A stretch of DNA of 64,000 nucleotides, from positions 1,240,001-1,304,000 of the forward strand of contig JAYWIR010000025.1 of assembly GCA_036172245.1 (NCBI GenBank). Direction: 5' to 3'. Every line of letters starts with the position of its first letter. Positions within the stretch are counted from its first letter, which is position 1. The notes beneath the pieces are model-generated. The model saw nothing but the letters and a program-made list of their open reading frames with translations, ran no database searches and was not told the DNA's origin. The position numbers and the translations under genes were made by a program. Of this stretch, positions 14,301 to 28,374 are shown piece after piece. This DNA is from Raillietiella orientalis (lineage: Eukaryota).

Positions 14301-15060
14301 GAAGTCCGCCGCCTATTTGCTGTAGATGTTGGATCGTTTTCCGTAATTCGGTGCGTTAATTCATTAGGGTTTGATGCGAGTTGTCAAGCACGGATTCAGC
14401 TGAGCATCGGGAAGTTAAGATAAAAGGAAAAATCGCTGTCATAAATTTTGGAGCAACCGAGAGCGCAGCGAGGGAGCAGCACACCGGGGCAACTCTTCTT
14501 CGGATTTAACTTCCGATTACAATGTGATGCGAGAAAACGGGTTCGAAAGCACTTGGCGAGAAGCCTGATCGCTGGGTGGTTTCTGGCCTGCCGGAAGAAT
14601 AGCTGGGAAAGCACGCGAAGAATTCACATCCCAAGACATCATTTTTCCATGAAGACATCCTTAATTTATCCATTTTGAACTCTCAATTTTGCGTAAGTAT
14701 CGTATGATTACCACCTCATGGGCTCACTAGCAAATTTGTTTGATCAATGTTACGTGCAAAGATACTGTATAACTTAAAGACCTGGATACGCGAGGGTCCA
14801 CGGCTGGAAACATCCAAAGCATCGTAAGACTAAGATACTCAGTTGTTGAATTGCAGGTTGCTTTTCCAAGGCTCCTTTGTCATCATTGCAAGGTAGATGA
14901 TTCCGACTTCCGGCTTAAGTACGATGGCACACGACGTGAATAAAAAAAAAAAAAACACTCTCATGAAATCACTATGGCTTCCTTTTTTTCCAAAATCTCT
15001 ATTTCAAAGTTCCGGTTTCTGTTCCAGGCATTCAATTTCAGGTTGCTCTTATTGCACGGA

Positions 15061-15648
15061 GTGAGCGACTTGAAAAAGAAAAACTCCGTCCTCTTGGAAG
15101 CCAGACTTCTGCGGCGGGTCCGTTTCGGGTCGCTCACCCTGTAAGAGGCGGGGGGCCGGCGATGTCCCCTCGATGATTCGCTGCCACCTCTCAGGCACCA
15201 TGCAGAGACGCCGTCTCCTTGAAACACCTCTTTCCGGGGGACCGGGGGCGCCCTCTGGATGATTCGCTGCCACCACTCAGGCACCAGGCAGAGGCGCCGT
15301 CTCCTCGAAACACCTCGTCCCGGGGGACCGGGGGCGCCCTCTGGATGATTCGCTGCCACCACTCAGGCACCAGGCAGAGGCGCCGTCTCCTCGAAACACC
15401 TCGTCCCGGGGGACCGGGGGCGCCCTCTGGATGATTCGCTGCCACCACTCAGGCACCAGGCAGAGGCGCCGTCTCCTTCTCAGAACACCTCGTCCCGGAA
15501 CACCAGTTCCATGCTCGTAGCGAACAGTTCCTCCGCGGAGCCAGGCACCATCGGGGAAGTCTCTCGAGCTGTGTTTTGAGATTGCATTGTTGGGCGCCAT
15601 GCTGATGGCGCATGCTGACGTCACTCGGCGAAGACAGACACGCTTCTG
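15061..15648 (-). repeat. ~590-bp element with about four 86-bp tandem units (copy 1)
   Basis: Reverse complement of 36932-37515. By eye about 6-8 differences, all in the 5' part. The unit ccgggacgaggtgtttcgaggagacggcgcctctgcctggtgcctgagtggtggcagcgaatcatccagagggcgcccccggtccc repeats. Confidence 0.95.
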
Positions 15649-16149
15649 GAGGGCCTGCTATACAGTACCTCATTATGTAACTCACTAAATTACGAAAATC
15701 TTCCGTTTCCTTCAGGATTTACATCCTCTATCGATTCCATCCTGTTTGCTGTAGAGAAAAATTCTACACAATACTGTTTTCTTTCCGTGAAGCCTGTTTT
15801 TTCGATTAAAATTCAAATAATTGAAATGAATATGGAAGAGAATCTCAACTCAAATGCATGCAATTTCAATCCTCCAAATGCATTTCCCCCTCGCCGTACG
15901 TAAGCGAAAATGATGCTCACATGTTTCTATGCTTCGTCACTGGCGTGCACGTTAGAGGAAGAGAACCTCAAAATTGCATACGACCCAAGTCAAGCCAGCG
16001 TGGACATGCCTTATCTGAAAACCTGGACCAGGACGACGGTGTTTCACTCTATGCATCGCTGGGCTTGAGGAAGTTTCCTCTTCAACATCTTCGAACATCT
16101 CAAAGCAAGCGAACATCTCTGATTACCGTTTTGTAGATTTACCCGCCAT

Positions 16150-16600
16150 GCAGCATCGTTGCCTGCATCTCCCACCAGAAACAGCCGTCTGTGCAGATGG
16201 TATGGAAGGTTGAAGGGCCCCAACAGATGCAGCTAAACCAGAGCTTCACTATGACCAAGAGTGAAGAACTGGTGATCCCAATCAAGAAGTCTACACTGAA
16301 GCGCTGGAAGTTGGTAGCCACCAGCCAGACCGACCTTTCCGGGAACGAATGCAAAGCTGAAGACCGGATGTAGTGCTACAGGAGAAAGAAAAGCACTATT
16401 TCTTGGCTTTGGCGTCTATCGACAGTATGGACGAGACCTCAAAGAACAAGGTGTATAAGGACTCCACTTCACACCGTAGGAGAAATCATAACAGGATCTA
16501 TGGGAACAGGGAATCTTACAAATGATGGAGTGTTGAGAGAGATGAAATTACCAGGGAGCAGCCAGAGCACATCAGAAAAGAAACGGCATATCCAAATCTG
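16150..16600 (+). mobile_element. Degenerate NeSL/Utopia-like RLE domain relic
   Basis: 'IPIKKSTLKRWKLVA..PGTNAKL/RPDVVLQEK' and 'IITGSMGTGNLTNDGVLREM' parallel 'IIKKAAMDEAKWTLVS..PGTISTLKPDLVLEK' and 'ILIGPLKAWDPGNNNVLQYL' at 37800-38297. An upstream 'LCRWYG' may be a zinc-knuckle remnant. Confidence 0.6.
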
Positions 16601-18249
16601 CAGTATTCCCAGGATTCGAACTGGAATCACAGGATCGGTCATCGCCTGTAATGAAAGAACCTGCAGAAGTCAGAGGTAGGAGGGGGAGTAAGAAAGATAG
16701 AGTAAGAAGATGATGAAATTTCATCCTGATTTTGTCTGTGCCTCACAATTTGGAGCTTGCATTCCATCGTCATTCGCATCACTGGTGCCTAGGTCTCGAT
16801 GTACGTCTCTGTGCTCTCCAGGCCGCCGTTCCACCAGCAGAAAAACGATGCTTCCATGTTTCACCTCTACACCACAGTCACTTTCAGTAGGACTAAACAC
16901 ACATGCATTCGTGTTTTTCCTTCACGCGTTCGTGTGCACTTCCACATATCCGGGTTCCTGGAATGGAATTTGCCGTGTTAAAGTGCCTGCTTGCCGATGT
17001 GTGCCGATGAGCTTTCCACGGGGGCAGATGTTCAGTGGATTCCCATTAGTGGATGGACCAACCCAGAGCAGCACTTACGCCATCTGAACTTGGCGAAGTA
17101 GAAGTTACCCGTGAAAAAGAGGTAGCTTGGAATGTTCGAAGTAATTTTGACTGTATCCGCCTTGCCGCCAACATTTCTGCAGCGAATAAAAGAAAACTTT
17201 AAAATTAAAAGTGCCGGAACGTCATTCTTACTTAGAAATCCTGACTTCGAGAGCTCGAGGAAGATTTCTGAAAACCCGGTGGGGTCTGAAGGCACAAAGG
17301 GAGAAACGGAAAAAGAAGACGAAAGGGAAGAAATACAGACATAGTCGAAGGCGGTACTGAGATTCAAATGGAGCAATGAGAAATCCGAATCTCCTCAGCT
17401 GTTTGAGGAAGAGTATCGCAATCAGAGATCGGAAAGAGATGTGACTGTTTCCTGGCTTTCAGAAGAGTTTGCGCGTCGTTATTTTCGAAACGAAATAAAA
17501 AGCCTCTCTGGAAAATCCAAGGAATGAGAAAACCGAGGAATCGCAGTTGCAGCATCCGCTTGGATAATCCGAGCGGTGGAGCTAGGAGCGAGACTCATTT
17601 GGAAAAAGCATCTCTGATGCATGATAAAAGCAAAGCAGCCTTCTTGAAGACGTTTGCCAAGGAATAGACCAATGCGCTCAGGGACAGTGCTGGGTAAACG
17701 GATGCACCAGCACACCGTGGCAGAGAGAGAACCTGAGAAGCGATGCCTTTCTCTTTCGCTCCCCTTTTTAAGGAAAAAAAATAATAATTGGGAAATACGA
17801 AACACGGAATTCTGTGTTGGACAGTGGAGGAATTTGCTCCGTAGCGGAGAGTGTCGCGCAATGAGCGCTCGATTACGAGTGGGACGTGAATCACTTCTTA
17901 GGTATTTCGTCCAATGGCAAAAAAAAAAGTGAAAGAGGGGGGGCTTCCCAATTACGATATGGACCAGATATCGATTAATCAGGAAACGTGAGGGGTGGAA
18001 GGAAGAGAGATTTGAAAAACCGTCTTCTGGGAAGCAAAAGTTGAGCTTCTCTCTCCCAAAGGTTCCCTTTTTTGAAATACATGAGCAGCATCAGCGTGAT
18101 TTCTCGTCAACCGGAAATTCCACCTTGGGAACCGTGATTTGGGGAGGAAAAGCAAAAACCTTCGATGGATCTTCTTTCTCAGGATTCATGCCCATTGTGA
18201 TCGAAAGCAGAGATTCTCTTTGGACCAGAATCTTACGAGGCCGGTAGAG

Positions 18250-18570
18250 CGAATCCAAGGAGAGAATGGCGAAAAGGAAGACATCGGATGGAAAATCACC
18301 TCTGAAATTATTAAATTTGTCTGCGAGTTGTCCGGAAACCGTTCGTGCCTGCGCCCGAATTCGCAACCGAGAGGGCCGAACGCAAGCTTGGATAAATGCA
18401 ATTAAAGAGGAGATCCGTGATCCGAATGAGATGGACTCCTGGAGGAAGCTGCCATGGCTGGACCGGAGAAAGCACGGAAAGCGAGCCGTCGACCGAGCAG
18501 CGCAACTCGTCTTCATCCGTCTGACCGCGCGAGGAGATTCCGGAGTGGAAGACGTTGCTAAAAAGGAAGG
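18250..18570 (-). mobile_element. Tentative divergent copy of family X
   Basis: 'PCFLRSSHGSFLQESISFGSRISSLIAFIQACVR' follows the C...GxVLQDS..S....L.A.LSALR pattern. Confidence 0.25.
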
Positions 18571-20269
18571 AAACAAACAAAAGAAAAGAAAAATGGACCA
18601 GACCAGCTATCACAGGAAGTTCATGGAAACCTTCAGGGGTGAAGAATGCAGGCTCGAAGATGAAGTCTGCAATGGGGAGGGGAGGAGGGGGGAGAAATTA
18701 GACTAGAAAGAACTGAGTTATGAGAAGACCGACAATAATCGCGATGATTAAGGAAGCTGCCAGATAGCAGAAGTTGGCTGCGAGTCGGAAAACACAGGGA
18801 AGCGAGAGCGGATCAGGAAACCGGCATCTCGAATTGAGATCACGAAAAATTGAAAAGCGCCGCAAGGGGCTTTCCGGATAAAAGGATGGAGAAGCACGAC
18901 ACACACAAAAAAAAAGAAAAAAAATCTCTCCCTCCAAAAAAGAGGGTTTTTCCGGGATTGCCTTCCGGAACCGGAAGGAGAGCGGCTTTTAGTCGGACAG
19001 CAAAAAATACTCCTCATCTTCCTAGAACCTAGAACCAAAGTAGATTCCAAAAAGTGATTCTAAAAGCCGTCATCAATGTTCAAACACCAAGGAGGTTTTT
19101 TTTTTACCACCGTTAGCACTAGAGCTGTGTCATTCCCACGGGAACTTTCGGACGGAAATTCCGGGAGCAAGAAGGAATCGAAGGGTAGAGAATGGCGGAA
19201 AGAAACACCGGTGTATTAAAAGCGGGGTACAGCGGGCATTTTGATATCGATCGCTTCGATCGCCGACACTTGAAGATGAGACAGAGGACAGGGGCAAGTG
19301 GCAAGCAAAATTGTCCCCAACAGTGCAGGGAACGAAAGTGTGGATAGGGATACGCCTGTTTACCTTATGTGGTGGTGCAGCTGTTAATTCTGTTGCATTC
19401 CAGTGAGACTTCCGGTACGACGGAGCTCCTTTAAGAGAGGCCTGGTCGTTTCGACGGTCGTGCGCGCTCGGTAACTCGGGCTGATCTGTCTGGGATCCGG
19501 TGCTCACGTAGGCAGATCCTTTCGAACCCTCTTTCCTCTAAGCAAAAGGCACGCACACCTTTTTCCCTCCGCCATAAGAGTGGGAGGAAGAGATCAGAAC
19601 TCTCGCTCAACGCTCTTTCTTCCGGTCGGTCGTCGCAGTCTCTCCAGCAATCAACCAGGAGAAGTGGTTCGCCAAGAACATCTTCAGATGGAAGAAACAG
19701 AATCGAAATAGAGTACTCTATTTCGATTCTGTTTAGCTCTGTTCCATGCAAGGATCGCTACCTCCGGAAGGTTCCAGAAGAGGCTTTCTGACTCTTCAAG
19801 CAAAACCTCAAATGCCAAAGAAAAGAAGAAAGCTAGCAACACGTCAAAACACCGGAGCTTCTGCACCCTTAATTTTTCCTTCGATCCCTGCTTGGAGCGA
19901 AACCATCTTTGGTTTGCTTACTCGTGCTACGCGCCACCCACGTCAGAAACGGAGGTCCTCGTCTTCCGCTTATGGTCCTCGTGCGTAGCAGGTTCTTCCT
20001 AGGACGCTACTGCTATTGAATTCAGATTAATAGGAGCAGACTAATCTCGGATCGCCTACTTCATATCGTGAAGATGTGGGAGCCCCATTTTTCTGCTCTC
20101 AGTAAAACCGGCCGATCCGAGCGACGATTCGGGATAACGACCGCAGTTTCGCAGGCGGCGCAATGAGAGGCAGCCAGCTGGAAATCCAACAGATAATATC
20201 CTTCCCGATTTAATTAGGAGTATGATAAGAAATATCGCTTATGAGCGACATCTATGGTCCTGGGTGTTG

Positions 20270-20900
20270 AATAAAGAAAAGGGAGTGCGAAACCCTTCCA
20301 GAATATCAATCAGATCTGAATGTTTCCCTAAGAATTCTCCATCTCGCGCTCAAAACAAATTGAGCATCCGAGAGGATCCCTCTGACAAGAATCCTTGGGA
20401 GCATTCCATTGATGTCCTTCCGATTCCAGGCAGGCATATCAGTAAAGTTGTGTGTGTGGGGGGGGGGGTTGGATTCCGCCTGGAGAGGGAATTCGGTCTG
20501 GAGAGCAATCCGTAAGGAACGAGGAGGAATCATTCGCACAAGAAAGCAGGAGTCCACTCCGGCCGGCTGCTGGCTCTCCCCTCGGAAGGAGCGAAGCAAA
20601 CTCCGGAACTCGGGAAGCTCAGTGCAGACATCGACTGTCTAAACTTGGGGGAGGCAGGGCGAAGTCCAGGAGAAGCAAGCGCCAGAGCATTCCATTGCGG
20701 AAGGAACTGTTGCGTGCCTCAAGCTGGAAGCAACGACAGCGAGCGATTCCCTCCAGCTTCCACCAGGAGGGGTCCTCGAAGCGCAGAAGAAAAGTGGGGT
20801 CGTCGATTCCTGCATCCTGCAACTCGTGTTCCCGACTGTCGGGTATCTCGAAGAGTGCACTCGAAATGAGTGTGGAGCTGAGAATCTCCATTGTGAGAGC
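20270..20900 (+). mobile_element. Tentative family X 5' body fragment
   Basis: Patchy similarity to 8010-8540 and 54250-54860 (gaggatccc..ccttggga; ccactccgg; aagctggaag...ttccacc). Confidence 0.25.
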
Positions 20901-22249
20901 AGGAGAGCTTCGCTTGGTCACTGGTTCTGACGGAGAGCGCGTTGGAGGCTCACGTTGGGGTTTGGTGCCTTCTGGCTTCTTTTTTCAGTCAACTGTCACA
21001 TAGCACGCTTCGGGCACCTACTTGGAGACGTGGCTTTTCTTGGCCTTCTGGCGAAAAATGAGGAGTCATGGAAATGACCCTCGACAGACCATTGTCCATC
21101 CCCAAGTTGCAATTCATCCGCTTTATCGGAGTCGGCAATGGTAGCTGTTGTTCGATCTCTAGACCTCAACTGGAAACGATCCCTATAACTGCCATTAGCG
21201 TTCAAACACCCAAGAGTGAGGCATTCCATCAGAACTTTCGGAGGAAACCTTCAAGAGGCAAGAAAAAAGTACCTTCACCTCGTGTCCATCCCATCTGCAA
21301 AGATCCTCCATCCCACTCTCCCATCTGTTTCTCTGCTCGCGAACTGTTATGCCACAGCAACCACCTTGCAGTTTATACGGATAGGGGTTTCACCGAAGAC
21401 AGCTTTGATGCATCTCTGTACGAGCCCCTACGCATCCTCCGAAGGTCCTGCACAAGCCCTTGTCCTTCTCCTGCCAGAAGAAGGAGTTCGAGAAAACGCC
21501 GTCCGAAAGGTGCTCCCGATAGGCAGCCCTTCTTCTAGGACACAGTCCTCCGATGACAATACAAGACCTTGCTGCGACAGCTTGTCCAGAACAAGAGTAC
21601 GTGACTGCTGCATCTGCGGACCAGCATAAGCCCTAAGCGATTCCGGCATTGCTTCAGCAGGGCATGCACAGCAGCTATCCCTGTTCACACAGAAACACAC
21701 CTTGGTGATGACCTGAATGAAAGTAAAGAATGCATCCACTTGAAAAGAAGCAGCCGGGAGATGAGAAACTCTTTGCTTGTGACAAGAAAATAAGCTGAGA
21801 AAATTCCAGAAGCCGATCTTTGAGTATACTAAACATTTAGCAGTTTCTCTGAAACAGTCCAGAATGAAACTCACTTGTACATAGAGTAACTTTGCTTTCT
21901 TGGTTCAGACTTTCAGGACTTTGGACCATGGCCGCCAGCAGAGTTGCCCAACTTTGTGCTTGATTTACCATCAGTTTTCTTAACTGGATCAACAAGCTCC
22001 AACACCTGTTTGGTATCCCCACTTTTTTGTGTGTGTTTGCATATCAGAACAAGTCTTGGAGATGTGCTTTGATGTCAGCCCTCTTCACTTGGTGTATGTT
22101 GTGGGGAGGAGGGATGGTTAGAATGTAAATTATGTGCCTCATGTTCTCTGCCTAAACAGAAAGGCAGCCTCAGTTATTACCATTTTTCTTTTGCTCCAGG
22201 TAACTGGTTCGACGAACGTTCACCGGACCGAGTTTTTGCCAACGCTTGG

Positions 22250-22460
22250 AAATCTTGTATCCTCATCGAGAAGCGCAAGCTAATGATTATCACTGAAGAA
22301 TTCAGTTCATCTTGGGCTGATCATTGTTCAGCTCCACGAGAGCGGACGCAGGCGTTCCGTGGATCCACGTCTGCAGCTTTCATAACTTGAATTCACATTT
22401 CGGTTTTCATGATCTTTGATTGAAATTTTCAAGGAAATCCACTTGAAGAGGCACACCATT
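22250..22460 (-). mobile_element. pogo/Tigger-like transposase relic (CENP-B-type HTH region)
   Basis: Frameshifted 'ASSSG/FLENF..DH' resembles ASxGWLxKFxxRH, followed by 'YES/AADVD' (cf. GExAxVD). Confidence 0.3.
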
Positions 22461-24549
22461 TCGTTAATAGAAGGCATTCGTTAATGGCTATGCGAATTTT
22501 CTAAAATTTTACAAGATTTAGAAAAGCACGCTCATATCAGAAGCTGCTGTAGTGTGTCACTCACCAGCTGAGGTTCTGGGAATGGCGTTTAAAAGAGAAA
22601 AGTGAAAGGAATTTGAGGATAAAGCGGGAGAGGAACAAAAAAACAAAATGAGGGAGTAATGCATGTAAGCAAGCAAAGATGGTGGGGACAAAAACGAAAG
22701 CTACGAAACATGGAGACAGACGTATTTCTGAACATCGGCAACTGATCTGCTTTTTGGGATTTTGTGCAGTACCTGAGCAAGATTTAAGATGACTAATCTT
22801 CAAGCGCGTGCTCGTGTCTTCGTCAAACAAGGGGTGAATGTTGGAAAGTGGAATCCATTTCCTTAATGCTTAAGCAATGGAGAATCGTTCTTTTGTTCTT
22901 CCACACACCTTTCTAATCAGCAGTCCCCGATGAAATCTTTAGCCCCCTCCAACTGTTTCGAAAAATCATAGCAACAACCCTAGTTAAGCTCCTGCAGTGG
23001 ATGTGCAAGCAAGTTGTGTGCCCATTCCCATACCTGACTCTGTTCCCTCAGCTGAAACCGTCAGAACCTCGACCTGATCTGCAGACCTTTTTCCTTCCCA
23101 TTGAATTCCTCGAGATGCGCATCACGGCGGCTCCTTAGATCGAGGATGCGTTCTTTGGATGTCTTTCATTCGTCGGTTTTCATTATTTGCTGTCACTTCG
23201 GGGACAAAATGCTGCATTTTCCTTCATACCTGTCGCAAAACGCCGCGGAGAAGTACTCAGAGAAGACTTGTCACCCAGCATCCTTGCCGTGCTTGCATGC
23301 AAGCTCACTCTTAGCTATTGCTGACCGCTTTCCAAAACCTTTTACAAAGAGCATTCGTTTCCCGTTCGTCAGATATTCTATAAAGAGTAAACGAAATTTT
23401 CATCCGAGTTTCCCTCAAAGATAAAATGTCAAATGTGGGACCAAATTCGAGTCAAGATTGCAGGATTTTTTTCTCCTTTTTTGTCAGGCATCATAATAAG
23501 CATAATTCTAAGGTATGGATACTGGAGTAATTAAAAATTTTCGAAAACTTCCTGCCTCATTCGTCAGCGATCTTGCATCCTGCAAGCTCTTCACGGTACC
23601 TGCAGTCCTGTGAAGTAGTTAGTGAAGTGGTCTGCGTCAGTGCGTCGCTGACCACTCACTCCCCCGTGTTCATCTCGTGTTTGTCACTTCACCCTTTCCA
23701 GGCTCGTAATATTTTGATTCCTCTCCCTAAAAACAAACAGCAAAGAATTTCTTTCGAGGCGACTTAAACTCTGCGTCTCGGTGCTCCAATCCGAAGCATT
23801 TCCATATTCGTTTGATTAGCAGGAGAGATAGAAGTACCACGAGAAAGGCTTGATTTCGTGAACTGAGGAAATACCATCACTCTTAAGGCCGCAGTCACAC
23901 ATGACGGCAATCCAAATTTTGCCCCTGGCATAGTTGAACTGCCTTCTGCAGTCTCAACGCTCAACTTTTTGAACCTTTGATGTGTTGGGACAGGTTATTT
24001 CAAAACGAAAACCCACAATACGATCTTCCCAGAAACGAGCAGAAATGCAAACTGTAGGGATCGGCACATTCGTGATTCCTGATCTAACGCCTGACACTTT
24101 TTCTTCCCGTTGGTTATGCCGAGCCATGTGATTGCTTCGGTGGAAATTCAAGTGTGCTTTTTCTTCGCAGATTTTCCAGCCTCCGCTCAATCACAATTAA
24201 AGCCTCGATTGAAAGGCGCGAGTCGTAAAATTGTTAAATTAGGTGGCGAGAAAATGCCACGAAAAAGTGCAATCCAGTACGAAAGTCTGCATAGGCAAGT
24301 CTGCAGAAGAAAAAATATCCACAAGAGTGGAAAGCTTTCAAATTAAGATCAGACAGTGGGAAAATTTTTCAAGATTCAAGAATGCATTAGGATCAAGGAG
24401 ACATGGTGAAAAGGGGCGCTATAAAATCACAGCTCATTAACAGTTGAGCTGCTAAGGGTGGATCGAGAAGCCGATTTTTAGCTGGCTTTTCCTCCGAACA
24501 TCAGTAACCGAAAGAGCTCTCTCGAAAGTGTTTTCTTAATAAATACATT

Positions 24550-26400
24550 GAGTTAAAATGCTGTCCGTCTCGTTGGGTGCTAAGCAACAGCTCCATCGTC
24601 CCGGGGTTGGGAACTGGGGCCTTTTAGAAAATCCCCCTTTGAACCGTTCGTTCTCTGTCTGTTTAGCATATTCCAAGTAATTGTTCATAAAAGCAGACTT
24701 GGGAGATCGAACCCCATTTCGCCCCTGCAGGGCATTTCTTCCGATCAAGTTTCGATTTCGGCAATGCTGCAAGAAATTTTTACCAGGCAAAAGTTAGTCA
24801 TCCTCCAGCGGCAACCCTCGAATCATGCCGGGGTCCATTTCCTGCCGTTCTTGCAAAATTTCTCAAGAGTGCCGGCTACCCTGACAATTTGGGGGGATAT
24901 TTTGTCCTTTGTTTGCGTTCCTGCGGGCTGCATTTGCCGGGCCTATTCGAACTTCCCCACGCAATCTGCGATGCTCAGTGTGCTGCGGCAGGGTCTGTAA
25001 AGCTCATTTTTGAAAGTACCCTTTCCAAGCAATGTGGCTGCTCATTCCCAATGCATTTACAGCAGCTCTGTCCCTCAGGGCAGCCATCGCCTTCACCATG
25101 CACCGTTGTTATTAAAAAGAAGATGAAAAAGCAAAAGAGCGATTTTTTAGATTGAGAACATCCGGGGTAAGGAAGAACTAAAACCAGCGGTGTATATTCG
25201 ATGAGGCACTTGCTTTGCTTTTGCCCGAGGTGTCCATACACTGCACTCTCCCGATTGCTCTTTCGGGCATCAGGAAGCTTGGCGAAATTGGAGCTTAAGC
25301 CAGTTCTTGAGAATCCAAACGTAGAAACCGGTCATTGACAGGCAGTAGCCAATCGGTTGCATCCATGCAGCGACCATCTGAAACAGTTGCTCAGTTGTTG
25401 TAAGCATTTCTTCAGCAAATCGTCCACACTAAGACAGTTGTGTCAGCTGATTTCTTCCTTCAGGATACATTCCAGGCAGAGTCAGCTGGGAACTAGTGTC
25501 GCCTTCATCACCCGAATGAAAATTAATTCTCGGTCCCCCTGATGCCCTCTCAAGACATAGCTGAGGGCCAGTTGCGCAAGAACGGGAAGCCAGGAAAACT
25601 GGCTCGTTTCGATCTGTGCATGCCCTGAAAATGAGTCCATCGTCATCAGCCGGGATGGGCTGCAGAGTACTCAAGAAACTTTGTTCTCGTTATTTCTTCG
25701 TACGCTTTATCGGGCACAACATGAGGATTCCTTGGAACCTCACGGACAGTATCGGAGCAAATGATGCATGATTTCTGCACATCTTTCTTTCCTTAATGAT
25801 ATAATGTTCTTGTAAGTACCGAGGAGGAAGTCAGCATTGTGGCACCGGAAAACTGAATGAATTATCTGTTTTGATACGAAGGCTGCTTCCTGCTGACAGC
25901 GCTAAATCGATGAGATCTGCACTGATGATTTTACCAAAGGCTTGACCCAGAAGTGTTACGGATCCCCATGCGTTCTGCAAAAATAACCAGCAGAAAGATT
26001 TCGGAACGCTGTAGCCCGGAGCAAATCACCTAGAAAAATTAATAGAATGAATTATCGTGAAACGCCCAAGCGGACACGCTCAGTCTTCCACCAGACATGT
26101 ATCATTCCTGACACTGATGTGAATCTTTCTCATAAAAAAGGCATTTTAATTTCTCCAGCTGGAAGTTCATTTACTTAGCGTAGTAGTTGTGAGCATTCAT
26201 CAAGTGGTAGAAGAGAGCATTGGCTGGAGACAAGTGGTTGTTTAAATACCATGGCTGCAAATTTTTGAAGGAGTTTCTTCGTTGTCCATCAGCATTTTTT
26301 AATCCTGGTGTCACTGAACGTTTCAGTTGAAGGATTCTGCCTCGCGGTCAACTTTTCCTGCAGTGCCACCAGTTCTCTTCCTCCTCACCAGTTCTTTCCG
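24550..26400 (-). mobile_element. Gypsy (Ty3) pol relic: RT, RNase H, integrase
   Basis: In order on the minus strand: 'LPLDECSQLL....PAG...MPF' (RT), 'Y..G...AD/LS' (RNase H end), 'GHLGQKQSK' (integrase zinc-binding region), 'KWTP/G.I...RNRNLI' (integrase C-terminus). The domain order fits Gypsy. Confidence 0.55.
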
Positions 26401-27687
26401 AAACTGAAATTCTGTTGAAAGAAGTACAAATGCATCAATTATGTATTGCTTGCAATGAACTTCTTAGAATAGATCGGTCCGATTCCTGGAATGCATGTGA
26501 AAAATTGACCCATAACTTAACCTCGGGTACTTTGTCGACCTCTCTGCCTCACAAACACAAGCGCATGAATCAAACTCATTGAGGTGCAAAGCCTGTCTTG
26601 TAATGAAGCAGCGCTCGTAAGAATCATTAAAAAGGTAAAACAAGGTGCACATCAATGGGGAACTTTAAATCATGTAATCAGTGGTCACTCATGCTGAACG
26701 GGCATCAGTCGATTGACCAGATTTCGGCTTTGGCAGAAACGCGTTTCAGAAGCCTGTTTCCGGTGCGGTTGCGTTGAGCACAGAGTAAAAGACGAACTGG
26801 CACCAAACTCCTTTCCGTAGGATTCCCCCCCAAAAACAGCTGACCAATCAAAGAAGAAGGAAAAACTTTCAGCCTCAGCGCATTCACTAAATCCGCGCGC
26901 CATGAACGAAATTTCATCTTCAAACTGTGAACAAACACGTGGTGCTCTCTTTGGGAAGCAACGCCAGCCCTACATAAGCCTGCAGCATCCCATTCAAAGA
27001 TCTGTCATGGATCCAGGATTCCACCGGATCACCCGAGTTCCGGAAAAAATTCACGCGACCTGTCTAATTCCGCACATGATGAGCCATGCTTTGAGGAACC
27101 GAACTGAGGAATTCTTCTCTCCGGAGAAAACGGTAAGAACATTCTGTCCATCAACAGCCTTCCACCAAGGCGCTGCTTTCGACTGATGTAATTAAAGTAA
27201 TTTGCACCTTCCGTTAACTGGACTTCGATTTGAAATCACACATGGGAAGATAATACGCAGTTCACGGGAATCACCAGCTGGGATGCTGTGAATTTTTTGT
27301 TTTCCAGAAAGGCAGAGCGTCCTTAGTTCTCCCCTGTCCTCGATGTCATCCCAGCTGCTACTCTCACTGACCAGTGTCATAACAAAGTGTTCCATAATAT
27401 TTAATTTTCGGTTCACCATTTAAGAACAAACGGTTGCGTCCATGCTAGCAGGTAGGCATTCAACGGTTCGACTCTGTTCATGAAGTAATACCATGTTTCG
27501 ACAAGGAAGCCTCAAAATGCGAAGAGTGTCACTGCTCTTATCCCCAGTGCTTTTAAGAGCACTCACTGATCCTACCGGAGGGAAGAGACATGGTCGAGCA
27601 CGAGAGATGAGTCGCCTTCGGCTTGAGCTGTGCGGAGAAGGAGGAATCGCCTCCCAGTTTGTCTGCCGGCTATTCTTCGCTCAGGAT

Positions 27688-28374
27688 CTACCAAAGTATG
27701 GATGGAGGTGGGAACAGCACGGAGCTGTCGATTCCCAGAGACTTGCTCGGCGTCCCCGGCATGCCGATCAGGGACTCCGCCGAGAATCGGATCTTCCCAG
27801 GAATGCTCCCGCTGTTCACGAGGACCTTCTGGTGGGGGAACAGAAGCGTGTTCTCCTTGTCGTGACCGGGAATGCGCCTAACGCCCTCGACAAGGCTATC
27901 GCTGCCTTTTTCATGGCCCTCTACCATGGAGTCGCTGAAGCCGTCCTCCTTCACCTTCTTGATGAGCTCGGTGAGATCCCCTACGTAGGTGGGAGACTGC
28001 CGAAGCTTCCTGGAAAAAGGCCACTCATACTTCTCGATCTCAGCCAGCGCATTCTTAAATGGCGTCGCAGTCATCTGATGCTGTCGAACTTGGGTGCCTA
28101 TGGCTCCGGAGTGGTGTTGCCGCCGCCGTCGGTGCCCATCCGCAGGTGCCTGACGGGAGTATCGATGATGTTGAGAGCATGGTTTTGAGAACCGAGACGG
28201 GATGAAAGGTAGGTGTTTTATGGGGGTGCTCATGGGACTGCTGGGTAGGTCAGAGGAATTACCCCCGCTTCCGGGAAGGAAAAGCTCGGAGAGCTCGTTC
28301 TGGTTGAAACCCATGAAATCCCCTTGCTCGAGGAGCCGCGAGCGGTGGTGGCTGGACAGCCGGGTCTTTCTCAT
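27688..28374 (-). pseudogene. Intronless orphan ORF (228 aa from ATG 28374) with strong G/C third-position bias; product unknown
   Basis: Longest open frame in the window. Codons such as ctc acc gag ctc atc aag aag gtg aag gag gac ggc ttc agc gac tcc are strongly GC3-biased. The middle ~110 nt looks better biased in an adjacent frame that has stops, suggesting compensating frameshifts. Confidence 0.4.

Noticed and set aside
15180..15500. 86-bp tandem repeats as a CRISPR array or repeat protein
   Set aside because: The units are contiguous and identical with no unique spacers and no cas genes. 86 is not a multiple of 3, so the repeated ORFs just rotate frames.
15589..15600. TGGCGCCCAAC (minus strand) as a tRNA-Lys primer-binding site
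   Set aside because: Only an 11-nt match, altered in the second copy, with no LTR pair.
21000..22020. MULE-like transposase ('WSVEGHF') on the minus strand
   Set aside because: Only a single weak motif.
27493..28188. 231-aa plus-strand ORF as a gene
   Set aside because: Likely the antisense shadow of the codon-biased minus-strand frame.
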